26,448 nt of DNA from an uncultured Spirochaetota bacterium (GTDB taxonomy: Bacteria; Spirochaetota; Spirochaetia; SZUA-6; Fen-1364): assembly GCA_963745235.1 (NCBI GenBank), contig CAVUXE010000085.1:1-26448 (forward strand), in the 5' to 3' direction. The notes under the pieces were generated by a model. It was not told the origin of the DNA, made no database searches, and saw nothing but the letters and a program-made list of their open reading frames with translations. The first letter of the stretch is position 1. Each line of letters starts with the position of its first letter. This document shows positions 18,071 through 26,448 of this stretch, in pieces. The position numbers were made by a program, and so were the translations under genes.

Positions 18071-18094
18071 CCGGGAGCCCTCGGGGGCTCCCGG
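18071..18094. terminator. GC-rich hairpin after the phosphoesterase (terminator or mRNA-stabilising)
   Basis: CCGGGAGCCC-tcgg-GGGCTCCCGG is a perfect 10-bp stem. Neither strand has a clear U-tract. Confidence 0.5.
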
Positions 18095-18097
18095 CCC

Positions 18098-18216
18098 TGT
18101 ACTCGCTCGCCCTGGCTAGGGGCTCGCTCTCGTACCTCCTTGTACTCGCTCGCCCTGGCTAGGGGCTCGCTCTCGTACCTCCTTGTACTCGCTCGCCCTC
18201 GCCATCCTTGGCTAGG
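18098..18216. repeat. 43-bp tandem repeat (2 full copies plus 1 variant), REP-like
   Basis: TGTACTCGCTCGCCCTGGCTAGGGGCTCGCTCTCGTACCTCCT at 18098 and 18141. The third copy starts at 18184 and carries a GCCATCCTTGGC hairpin. Confidence 0.9.
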
Positions 18217-18217
18217 C

Positions 18218-18246
18218 TTGACCTCCTGGAATCGAATTCTTAAGTT
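18218..18246 (+). promoter_or_regulatory. sigma70 promoter of lon
   Basis: TTGACC-N17-TAAGTT, 24 nt upstream of the lon ATG. Confidence 0.55.
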
Positions 18247-18270
18247 TGTGCGATAACGGAGACATGACAA

Positions 18271-20610
18271 ATGAGTGACCACCACATCATCCCAGCCGAT
18301 CAGATTCTGCCCGTGCGCCTGTTCGTTATTCCGATCCATGGCAAGCCGATTTTCCCCGGTATCCTGACGCCGCTCATGCTTCCCTCCGCGGAGGACACAG
18401 ACACCATCGAAAAGGCCATTGCCGCGGACAGCTTCATCGGGCTGGTCCTCACGAAGACGGACGAGGTGGAAAAGCCGGGCGCGGACGACCTGTTCACGGT
18501 CGGGACCGCCGCGAAGATCGCGCGGCGCATCAACCTGCCGGACGGCGGGGTGAACATCTTCATCTCCACCATCAAGCGCTTCCAGATCAAGCGCGTTCTG
18601 CAGCCCACGCCGCCCATAAGCGTCGTGGCCCAGTACATGGAAGACGAGAACTTCGACTCCGCGGAAGCGAAGGCGCTGACGCGCGCGCTCCTCAGCGAGA
18701 TGAAGCAGGTCTCGGAGAACAACCCGCTGTTCTCCGAGGAGATGCGGCTCTCCATGGTGAACATCGACCACCCAGGAAAGATTGCGGATTTCATCACCTC
18801 CATCCTCAACATCGACCGGGCAGAGCAGCAGAAGATACTCGAGATGACGGACGTGCAGGCGCGCATGGAGCACGTGCTGATCTTCATCAAGAAGGAACAG
18901 GAGTTGATGAAGATCCAGAAGAAGATACAGGAGCAGCTCAACGAGAAGATCTCCAAGAGCCAGAGAGAGTACTTCCTGAAGGAAGAGCTGAAAGCCATCA
19001 AGTCAGAGCTGGGCATGGCGGTGGACGCCAAGACAAGCGAGTACCAGCGCTTCAAGGACGCGGTGGACAAGCTCGGCCTGCAGGGAGAAGTCAAGGACCA
19101 GGTGGAGCAGGAGTTGGAGAAGTTCTCCTTGATGGACGCCAACTCTCCTGAGTTCACCGTGACGCGCAACTACCTTGAAACAATCGTCTCTCTGCCGTGG
19201 AACGACGACTCGAAGGAGACGTTGGACATCCTGAAGGCCCGAGAGATTCTGGATGAGGACCACTACGGCCTGGACGATGTGAAAGAGCGGATCGTGGAGT
19301 ACCTCTCGGTCCGAAAGCTCAAGAACGACACGAAGGGGTCCATCATCTGCCTGGTGGGGCCACCGGGAGTCGGAAAGACCTCCGTGGGGAAATCCATTGC
19401 GCGGGCGCTCGGCCGCAAGTTCTTCCGCTTCTCCGTGGGCGGTATGCGCGACGAAGCGGAGATCAAGGGGCACCGGCGGACATACATCGGCGCAATGCCG
19501 GGCAAGATCATCCAGGGGCTGAAGATCGTCAAGACGCGAAACCCCGTGTACATGATAGATGAGATCGACAAGCTGGGCGCCTCCTACCAGGGTGATCCAT
19601 CTTCGGCCCTGCTGGAGGTGCTGGATCCCGAGCAGAACGTCGCCTTCCGGGACCACTACCTGGACCTTCCTTTCGACGTCTCCCACATCCTCTTCATCAC
19701 GACCGCGAACACCCTGGACACCATCCCCGCGCCGCTCCAGGACCGCATGGAGGTCATCCGCCTCTCGGGGTACATCGACAGCGAAAAGGTGGCCATCGCC
19801 AAGGCGTATCTCATCCCCAAGTCGCTGGAAGCAGCGGGAATGGCGAAGAACGCGGTGAGGTACGACAACGGCTCCCTGCTCGCAATAGCTGACGGATATG
19901 CGCGGGAGGCCGGGCTTCGCAACTTCGAGAAGGCCCTCGACAAGATCCACCGCAAGATCGCCAGAAGAATCCTGATGGGGGAGCTCAAGCTGCCTCTTTC
20001 CATCAAGAAGGAAGCTCTCACCGAGTACCTGGGAAAACCCGTGTTCCAGGATGACGAGATGGCCCAGATCACCAAGCCGGGGATGGCCATTGGTCTTGCC
20101 TGGACGCCCCTGGGCGGCGCGGTGCTGGCCATCGAGGCCCTTGCGAACGCCGGCAAGGAAGGCTTCAAGCTCACGGGGAAGCTCGGCGAGGTGATGCAGG
20201 AGTCGGCGAGCATCGCGTATTCGTTCGTCCGGAACATTTCCTGCGATCACGGGGTAAAGCCCGATTTCTGGGAGAAGAACCTCATCCACCTGCACGTGCC
20301 GGCGGGAGCCACGCCCAAGGACGGCCCCTCCGCAGGCATCACCCTTGCATCGGCCCTGCTGTCCCTTGCAACGGGAAAGAAGATCCGTAAGTCCCTGGCA
20401 ATGACCGGCGAGCTTTCCCTTGTCGGTCGGGTGCTGCCAATTGGCGGCCTCAAGGAGAAGGTCATTGCCGCCCGGCGCAACAGGATAAAGCAGGTGCTCT
20501 TCCCATCGCAAAACCAGAGAGACCTGGAGGAAATCCCGGAGCATGTTCGCGAAGGGATCACCTTCTCCCCGGTCTCCACGATGGAAGAGGTGATCGAGAA
20601 GATCTTCTAG
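18271..20610 (+). CDS. lon: ATP-dependent protease La (Lon)
   Basis: LDEDHYGLDDVKERI, Walker A GPPGVGKTS, IDEIDK, ALLEVLDPEQN and catalytic HVPAGATPKDGPSAG...IGGLKEK. Confidence 0.98.
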   Translation: MSDHHIIPADQILPVRLFVIPIHGKPIFPGILTPLMLPSAEDTDTIEKAIAADSFIGLVLTKTDEVEKPGADDLFTVGTAAKIARRINLPDGGVNIFISTIKRFQIKRVLQPTPPISVVAQYMEDENFDSAEAKALTRALLSEMKQVSENNPLFSEEMRLSMVNIDHPGKIADFITSILNIDRAEQQKILEMTDVQARMEHVLIFIKKEQELMKIQKKIQEQLNEKISKSQREYFLKEELKAIKSELGMAVDAKTSEYQRFKDAVDKLGLQGEVKDQVEQELEKFSLMDANSPEFTVTRNYLETIVSLPWNDDSKETLDILKAREILDEDHYGLDDVKERIVEYLSVRKLKNDTKGSIICLVGPPGVGKTSVGKSIARALGRKFFRFSVGGMRDEAEIKGHRRTYIGAMPGKIIQGLKIVKTRNPVYMIDEIDKLGASYQGDPSSALLEVLDPEQNVAFRDHYLDLPFDVSHILFITTANTLDTIPAPLQDRMEVIRLSGYIDSEKVAIAKAYLIPKSLEAAGMAKNAVRYDNGSLLAIADGYAREAGLRNFEKALDKIHRKIARRILMGELKLPLSIKKEALTEYLGKPVFQDDEMAQITKPGMAIGLAWTPLGGAVLAIEALANAGKEGFKLTGKLGEVMQESASIAYSFVRNISCDHGVKPDFWEKNLIHLHVPAGATPKDGPSAGITLASALLSLATGKKIRKSLAMTGELSLVGRVLPIGGLKEKVIAARRNRIKQVLFPSQNQRDLEEIPEHVREGITFSPVSTMEEVIEKIF

Positions 20611-20611
20611 C

Positions 20612-21178
20612 TCAGGTCAGCTCTTCGGGAGGTATCCGCACGGCCCCGGCCCGCAGGACGCGGAAGGGCCGGCGGGTGACATCGACGAGAGTGGACGGCG
20701 GCCCGGGAGGGAGGTCCCCGGCGTCGAAGATGAGATCCACGTCATTCTCGAACTCCCGCTTCATCTCGGAGAGATCGAACAGCGGGCTGGCGCCGGCGCG
20801 GTTTACGCTTGTGGAATATAACGGCCGTCCGACCGCCGCAAGCAATTGTCGCAGAAACGCGGAGTCCGGGAGCCGCAGCGCAACCGTCCCGCCCCCTCGA
20901 GCGGGGAAGATAAGGGTGAGCGGACCGGGCCAGTAGCGGGAAAGTGCGGAAGGCACGGCCATGTCGGACACACGGTGGACCCAGGATGCTTCTGCAATGA
21001 GCTGGAGAAAGGGCTTCTCCTCTCCCCGCCCCTTGATCCGGCGGATTCTGTCCTCCGTGTCAGGCGCGGCTCCGACAATGCCGTACATGGTGTCACAGGG
21101 GACAATCGCAACCCCACCGCGAGAAAGCAGCGCGGCAAGGCTTTCCATTGATGCGGCATCTGCGGCTCGCGCTACCAT
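20612..21178 (-). CDS. tsaC: L-threonylcarbamoyladenylate synthase (Sua5/YrdC/TsaC family)
   Basis: PCDTMYGI, IKGR..KP, WPGPLTLI, STSVNRAG and PSTLVD. Confidence 0.9.
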   Translation of the reverse strand: MVARAADAASMESLAALLSRGGVAIVPCDTMYGIVGAAPDTEDRIRRIKGRGEEKPFLQLIAEASWVHRVSDMAVPSALSRYWPGPLTLIFPARGGGTVALRLPDSAFLRQLLAAVGRPLYSTSVNRAGASPLFDLSEMKREFENDVDLIFDAGDLPPGPPSTLVDVTRRPFRVLRAGAVRIPPEELT

Positions 21179-21187
21179 GCGGACCCT

Positions 21188-21625
21188 CTAGGCTCCTCTA
21201 TCCTTCCTCCGCGAGGCCCGGCCTGCAATCACCGCAAACGCGGCGAGGAGGCCGGAGATGCCGATGCCTGTGGCCTTGAATATCACATTCCGAGATGCTC
21301 TGTCCTTTCGAAGCCTGATCAGGTCCCCCACTTCGTACAAGACCGCTGGCCTGGCAGGTCCCTCGAGCTTCACCACGTGTTCCCCCGCCTCATAGAGCCC
21401 GATATCTCTGGCCATGACAAGGCTGCGCTGCGGGTCGTTGCGGAGGCCTGCAAGCTCGTTCGTCAAACTCGTGTTTCGAGCCTGGAGCTCTTCGACATTT
21501 GCCGCAAGGCTCTGCCGGTAGCCATCAAGCCGGCCATAGGCACGGAGACCCGAGTCCCCGAAGAAATAGATGAGGACCGAGGCGATGATGAAACCAGCGA
21601 CGAAGATCGGCAGGAGACGGCGCAT
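21188..21625 (-). CDS. Septum formation initiator family protein (FtsB/DivIC-like) with an extra C-terminal hydrophobic segment
   Basis: N-terminal TM, FGDSGL, coiled coil and ARDIGLYEAGE motif. Start is ATG 21625 or GTG 21634. Confidence 0.75.
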   Translation of the reverse strand: MRRLLPIFVAGFIIASVLIYFFGDSGLRAYGRLDGYRQSLAANVEELQARNTSLTNELAGLRNDPQRSLVMARDIGLYEAGEHVVKLEGPARPAVLYEVGDLIRLRKDRASRNVIFKATGIGISGLLAAFAVIAGRASRRKDRGA

Positions 21626-21701
21626 ACGCTTCACCCCTCATAACGGCGCGCCATCGGGGAAAGATGAGGAGAAAAGGGCTGCGGGGCATTCGATTCCGCC
21701 G

Positions 21702-21778
21702 TTGACAACCCCAAAACCTACAGATTACTCTTTCAGCGGGAGAATAACGTGAAAGTGAGAGCAATGTCGTGCCGATAA
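21702..21778 (+). promoter_or_regulatory. Tandem sigma70-like and sigma28-like promoters
   Basis: TTGACA-N18-TACTCT (21702-21731), and GAAAG-N15-GCCGATAA with a perfect sigma28 -10 at 21771-21778. Confidence 0.5.
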
Positions 21779-21806
21779 TGAGGAGAGCGTAACGTATCCT
21801 CAGGAG

Positions 21807-23471
21807 ATGGGAATGGGAAGGGAAACACAAGGCAGCCCGGCAGGAGAACAGAAGCTCGAGCGATACGGTGTCTGGGTGAAGATCGAACCCCGCACCGTGG
21901 CGGAATCGCAGGGGTCCGAGGGCTCTTTCGAGCTCACGGACCTGGAAGCCTCGGGAGGGACGGCGTCTCGCAAATCCGCGCCGGAAACCACACTGACCCT
22001 CGAAGAGGAGAAGCTGCTGGACGAGCTGGACAGCGAGCTGGGTCCATCCGACTCCGCAAAAGAGCTCTCCATTCCGGAGGAGGAGCCGCTCCTCGCAGAG
22101 GACGAAGAGTTGCCCGACATCTCGGAGGCGGCGGAGACGGGATCTTCGGAGACAACCGAGCTGGAGGCCGTCTCGGAGGACGAGCTTCCCGAGCTGGAGT
22201 TCGAGGAAGACCTGCCGAAGCCGGCCGCGTCTCCCCGCGGCAGGAGAGGCGCCGTCCCGGATTCCAACGAGGTGGAGGTGACGCTCTCGGAAACGAGGGT
22301 CGGTCAGGAACGCTTCGAAGACCTTGACGCCCTGGAAAGCGAGCTCGCTTCTGCCACTGCCCCCGCTTCCCAACCGACGGCCGCGTCGTCGGAAATCCTG
22401 GCCCGGATAGAGGACGAGCTTCGCTCCATCCGCGCGGACCTGACGCAGCTGCGAAGCGAGCTGTCGGGGATGCGCAAGCCCGGAGCCGAGCCGGCGCCTT
22501 CGGCTCCCGCGGCGGGCGGTGAGACCCAGAGCGGGTTCTTCGACGAAGACGAGGATGAGACCATCGCCCTCACCGGTGATGAGCTTGACAACATCCTGAA
22601 CACGGCAGAGATAACCGAAGAGGTGGCGGAAGCCGCGCCGGTCGATGAAACAATGGACCTGACGGAGATTCCCGAAGAGACGCCACAGGCGGGGGCGCAG
22701 GAAGATATCCTGGGCCTCGAGCCCGCGGAAGCGCCCCTTGACTCCAGCGCGGAATCCCTGGCGGAAGAGCTTCCGGCCGAGCTGGAGCTGGAAAGCCTTT
22801 CATCCGAGGGAGATGGGCAGAAGTCAGATGCGGGGTCTTCGGACCTGCTTCCCGAGCTGGACCTGGAGGGAATCCCGGAGATTGAGACCACGGAGAAGGG
22901 CGTCGAGCAGGTCGAAGAAACGGGGGACCTGGAAACGCTGGACCTCGAAGAAGAAGCGAGCGACGTGGAGGCTCTGGAACAGCTCACACCTCAGTCCAGG
23001 ACAGAGCAGGCCGACGAGCTGGCAGGAGATGTGGACCTCGAGGCTCTCGCCGCGGAGGCCGAATCCCTGGAGAACGAGGAGGCTGGCGCCCCCCCCACTG
23101 AAGACCTGGAGCTCGGTGAGCTTGAGGCCGTGACGGAGGACGCCGGCGGGGCGGCAGCTGAGCCCAAAGAGATCGAAATCGCGTTCGAGAACGAGCCGAC
23201 CACGGACCTGGCCTCGGAACCAGCGCTTGCTGAGGAAGTCCTGGAAGTTGAGGAAGTCCCGCCGTCCCGTGAAGCGGGGACCCGCGCCCCCGCAGGCCGG
23301 GAAGGCGCTGCTGCCATCCCGGACGATCTCAAAGACGAAATCCGCACCGTCCTCAAGTACATGGACCACCTCCTGGAAGCTCTCCCGGATGAGAAGATCC
23401 AGGAGTTCGCCAAGTCCGACTATTTCGTAATGTACAAGAAGCTCTTCGAGGACCTCGGTCTAGGCGAATAG
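21807..23471 (+). CDS. Highly acidic, mostly disordered hypothetical protein (554 aa) with conserved-looking islands
   Basis: Host-like codon usage and E/D/L-rich low complexity. Ordered segments: LERYGVWVK, coiled coil ILARIEDELRSIRADLTQLRSEL, FFDEDEDETIALTGDELDNIL, and C-terminal LKDEIRTVLKYMDHLLEALPDEKIQEFAKSDYF. Confidence 0.85.
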   Translation: MGMGRETQGSPAGEQKLERYGVWVKIEPRTVAESQGSEGSFELTDLEASGGTASRKSAPETTLTLEEEKLLDELDSELGPSDSAKELSIPEEEPLLAEDEELPDISEAAETGSSETTELEAVSEDELPELEFEEDLPKPAASPRGRRGAVPDSNEVEVTLSETRVGQERFEDLDALESELASATAPASQPTAASSEILARIEDELRSIRADLTQLRSELSGMRKPGAEPAPSAPAAGGETQSGFFDEDEDETIALTGDELDNILNTAEITEEVAEAAPVDETMDLTEIPEETPQAGAQEDILGLEPAEAPLDSSAESLAEELPAELELESLSSEGDGQKSDAGSSDLLPELDLEGIPEIETTEKGVEQVEETGDLETLDLEEEASDVEALEQLTPQSRTEQADELAGDVDLEALAAEAESLENEEAGAPPTEDLELGELEAVTEDAGGAAAEPKEIEIAFENEPTTDLASEPALAEEVLEVEEVPPSREAGTRAPAGREGAAAIPDDLKDEIRTVLKYMDHLLEALPDEKIQEFAKSDYFVMYKKLFEDLGLGE

Positions 23472-24695
23472 ATGGGCCTGCTGCGGAGGGCGGCCAACGC
23501 CGTCACTGGTGACGACATGAAACCCTCCATGCCGGCAGCGCAGTCACGGCGGCGTGCCGAGCCGGCTGCGCGCTCAGGGCTTCTGAAGAAGAGCCTCAAG
23601 GCCCTCGCGGAATCGACAGTATCCCCAGCCTCGACCGCCTCCGATGGGTTGGCGGCTCCCGCGGCGCCGTTGGGTTCCGCGGCGAGGGTAGCTCCTGCAG
23701 CGACGGTAGCTTCCGCGGCCTCAAAGGCATCCGCAAAGGCAGCGGCATCCGCGCCTGTCACGGGAAATCTTTCCAGGCTGATCATCGAAGACGCAAGAGC
23801 GCTGTCAGATGGCGTCGAGCTTCCCTCCCGGCTTTTCACTACCCTGCGCAAGCGCCTGTCCATTACAAAGGGCGCTCTCCTGCTCTACGATGCTGTCCGG
23901 CTGGAGTACGCCCCGTGGGCAAGCTTCGGCTTCGACCAGACGACGCTGCACAGGATGCGCATCCCCCTCGGGGCCAACGAGACCTTCAACGCGCTCGCCA
24001 ATGGGGAGCCGCTCAACGTGACCGACCCTGGCCAGAGGGCGGCGTTCCAGCCATTCTTCTCTTCGCGGGAGTTTTCCAATCTCGAACACATGATCCTGAG
24101 CCCGTACATTTTCGAGGACGCCCTGGTGGGAGTCCTCGTTGTCACGGAAATACGCCATCCGTTCTCCCGACCCGAAGAGCTGCTGTCCTGCCTGAAGACA
24201 GTCGCGGGGGATGTCGCTCCACTCCTCCAGCGGGCGCGCGGTTTCCTGATGAAATGGAACCAGGCAAGGGCAAATCGCGCTCCGACAACACCGGAGGACC
24301 AGGTGGCCAGGATCCTGGGGTCCCCCGCGCTGCGCGGAAAGAGGCTGCTCTTCCTCTCCCTCGCCCTTGCCCCCTACATAAGGGCAATCGCGGAAGAGAA
24401 CGAAGACCTGGACCTCTTCCGCCTTCGCGAGGATGTTCGGTCCCTCCTGGATGCCTTCCTTGCCGACCTCGGCGAAGCGATCATGCTTCCGGCGGGCGCT
24501 CTGCTGGTCTCTCTCCAGGGCCTCCAGAGGGACGAGGTTCCCCTGTTCATCCATCAGCTTCGCTATTTCCTGGACAGCCGTTTTGCGGCAACCCGCGCGG
24601 AGGAGCCGAGCTCGTTGATCCAGGTCCTGAAGTCCCGCATGTGGCCGGACGAAGGTTCCGACGTGCGGGAGCTTGTCTCTTTCCTGTCTTCCTGA
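23472..24695 (+). CDS. Hypothetical protein with a GAF-like domain and a probable degenerate GGDEF-like C-terminus
   Basis: Abuts the upstream stop. Ala-rich linker, then KGALLLYD...LSPYIFEDALVGVLVV (GAF-like). Ends WPDEGSDVRELV, like the GGDEF terminal P.DG....L motif, but has no GG(D/E)EF. Confidence 0.65.
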   Translation: MGLLRRAANAVTGDDMKPSMPAAQSRRRAEPAARSGLLKKSLKALAESTVSPASTASDGLAAPAAPLGSAARVAPAATVASAASKASAKAAASAPVTGNLSRLIIEDARALSDGVELPSRLFTTLRKRLSITKGALLLYDAVRLEYAPWASFGFDQTTLHRMRIPLGANETFNALANGEPLNVTDPGQRAAFQPFFSSREFSNLEHMILSPYIFEDALVGVLVVTEIRHPFSRPEELLSCLKTVAGDVAPLLQRARGFLMKWNQARANRAPTTPEDQVARILGSPALRGKRLLFLSLALAPYIRAIAEENEDLDLFRLREDVRSLLDAFLADLGEAIMLPAGALLVSLQGLQRDEVPLFIHQLRYFLDSRFAATRAEEPSSLIQVLKSRMWPDEGSDVRELVSFLSS

Positions 24696-24701
24696 TCGGG
24701 C

Positions 24702-26324
24702 ATGGTCGAAGTTTTCACCTCCCGATCCGGATCTCCTTCCATCAGGATCGATGGGGTGGCGCTCCATTCCCCCTACGATCCGGCCCGGGAGGCCGAGCGC
24801 TTTGCGGAGGCCGCGCTGGGACCCGAGACTCCCTCCACGGTCGTGGTCCTGGGGGAAGGGCTTGGCTACCTGACGCGTTGGGTCCGCGGCGTCCACCCTT
24901 CGGCCAGGGTGCTGAAGGTCCACTATTCAGAGGAGATCTCCCGAAGCTCGTCGTCAGTATCGGAAGCTGACGGTGACACCTGGCACCCCGGCCTTCGCGT
25001 CAGCGTGGGTGAGTTCCTTGCATCCCGCATCGGGGAGCTTGACGTCGAGGGACTGCGCATGATCGAGTGGCCTCCGTCCGCCAGGCTTTTCCCCGGGCTT
25101 TCCCGCACGGCAAATGAGGCGCTGCAGCAGTGCCTCCGGGAGCTGAACGGCAGCCTCGTCACCACAATCTCCGTCGGGAGGTTGTGGCTTCGAAATTGTG
25201 TTGCCAATTTCCTCTCCCTGGGAGAGGTCTTTCGGGGCGCCCCCTGCTCGCCGCAAAGGTCCATCGTAATCACCGCGTCCGGGCCGAGCCTGGAATCCGC
25301 GGCCCCCCTTCTGCGGGAGGTCAGGGCGGACGTCGACATCTGGGCGCTTCCTTCCTGCGCGCCCTTTCTCCGTGAGGCCGGTTTGAAGCCCGACCTCCTC
25401 GTGATGACGGACCCGGGCTTCTTTGCGATTCATCACCTTCACCATGCAATGCCGGACTGCCCCGTTGCCATGCCGTTGTCCGCCGCGCGCGGGCTGTGGC
25501 GTCTCGCCGCGCAGGGATCTGACCGCACGCGTTCGTTTCTGCTGGAGCAGCCAGGGCTCATGGAGGAGGTGTTCCTCCAGGCCCTTGGGATTCCCGCCCC
25601 CTCCATTGCGCCCCATGGAACGGTGGCGGCAACCGCCATCGACCTGGCGCGCGCATTCACGACCGGCCCGATCATTCTGGCAGGTCTGGACATGAGCACC
25701 AGGGATATCCTTTCCCATGCCCGCCCCAACGAGTTCGAACGGTTTTCCCAGGCGAGAGCCTGGAGGACGGCTCCTTCGTACACGTTCTGGTTTCGCAGCT
25801 CAGCCGAGCAGAACGCGACACGCGTCCCGGGAAGCGGCGGGGCGCGTTCGCCCCTTTCCCTCAGGACATATGCCGGCTGGCTCGGCGCCCAGGCGGGAGA
25901 AAAGGTCTATCGCCTTCTCCCGTCAGCGGTTGCGTTGGCAGGAATGAAACCACTTGACGCCGCCTCCCTGAAGGAGCTTCTTCGATGCTCTCCGCCCTCC
26001 CCCCCGGGGAATCAGCTCTCGCTTTCTCCCGCCCTTCCGGCGCGCGCGCAAAGGGTCTCCATGGCCCAGCGCATCCTTGCCGGTTGGAGGGAGACCGTGC
26101 TTGCAGGGCTGGAGAGCGCACAGGGGAAGCGTGGCACCGGCGCCCTGGCCGCTCTGCCGCTTCTCACGCTGGCATACCAGATTGCTCCCCAGCCGCTTCT
26201 GGAAACGAAGCGAAAGGCAAGACTCGGAGATGAGAGAGGCGCCCGAGAATCCGCGATCTCCCTGCTGCAGGAGTGCGAGAAGTTTCTCCGGGGGCTCCAG
26301 GAGAGAGTTTCCCGTGCGGCCTGA
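24702..26324 (+). CDS. Maf / MptE-like (DUF115) protein, putative flagellin glycosyltransferase family
   Basis: LHSPYDPAREAERF, VVLGEGLGY, ITASGPSLE, PDLLVMTDP, GTVAATAIDLA and IILAGLD. Confidence 0.8.
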   Translation: MVEVFTSRSGSPSIRIDGVALHSPYDPAREAERFAEAALGPETPSTVVVLGEGLGYLTRWVRGVHPSARVLKVHYSEEISRSSSSVSEADGDTWHPGLRVSVGEFLASRIGELDVEGLRMIEWPPSARLFPGLSRTANEALQQCLRELNGSLVTTISVGRLWLRNCVANFLSLGEVFRGAPCSPQRSIVITASGPSLESAAPLLREVRADVDIWALPSCAPFLREAGLKPDLLVMTDPGFFAIHHLHHAMPDCPVAMPLSAARGLWRLAAQGSDRTRSFLLEQPGLMEEVFLQALGIPAPSIAPHGTVAATAIDLARAFTTGPIILAGLDMSTRDILSHARPNEFERFSQARAWRTAPSYTFWFRSSAEQNATRVPGSGGARSPLSLRTYAGWLGAQAGEKVYRLLPSAVALAGMKPLDAASLKELLRCSPPSPPGNQLSLSPALPARAQRVSMAQRILAGWRETVLAGLESAQGKRGTGALAALPLLTLAYQIAPQPLLETKRKARLGDERGARESAISLLQECEKFLRGLQERVSRAA

Positions 26325-26448
26325 CGAGGCAGGCATCCTGGCCGCAAATCTTGCCGCGCTCTCGGAATCCAATCCCGCGCTGGCTGATCGCATCCAGCAA
26401 AGCGCTCCCAGTCCTGCCCTCGCCTTTCGCACTGCGAGAAACAAGGTA
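26314..26448 (+). CDS. N-terminus of a probable second Maf/MptE-like protein (truncated by the window)
   Basis: GTG 26314 with RBS AGGAG, overlapping the upstream stop. (M)RPDEAGILAANLAALSESNPALADRI resembles Maf N-termini and the frame is open to the window end. Confidence 0.55.
   Translation, partial: MRPDEAGILAANLAALSESNPALADRIQQSAPSPALAFRTARNKV

Noticed and set aside
18098-18216. CRISPR array interpretation of the 43-bp repeat
   Set aside because: The units are head-to-tail with no unique spacers, there are only ~2.5 copies, and no cas genes are nearby.

Overview
This is a GC-rich bacterial window, most likely from a spirochaete (Spirochaetia). That call rests on the Treponema/Borrelia-like rpsU, RecJ, integrase and acidic hypothetical proteins. 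Bases 1-~7419 are the right arm of an integrative element inserted at the 3' end of an initiator tRNA-Met(CAT) gene, and the element runs off the left edge. On the minus strand it carries a tyrosine integrase, an XRE repressor, a 260-aa putative activator, an excisionase-type HTH, a small protein, a DUF3631-type P-loop replication protein with a GGTAGCG iteron cluster in its 3' end, and a TrbE/VirB4 conjugative ATPase. The rest is chromosomal: a polar amino-acid ABC transporter, a coupled recO-thpR-pdp-recJ-M23-rpsU operon, a lipoprotein phosphoesterase with a Pho-box-like upstream site, a 43-bp tandem repeat carrying CsrA-type GGA hairpins, lon, tsaC/sua5, an ftsB-like gene, and an operon of a very acidic protein, a GAF/degenerate-GGDEF protein and two Maf/MptE-like genes. 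Five single-base insertions break trbE, the integrase, the ABC permease and recO (twice), and are probably sequencing errors. All family assignments come from motif recognition, not from database searches.
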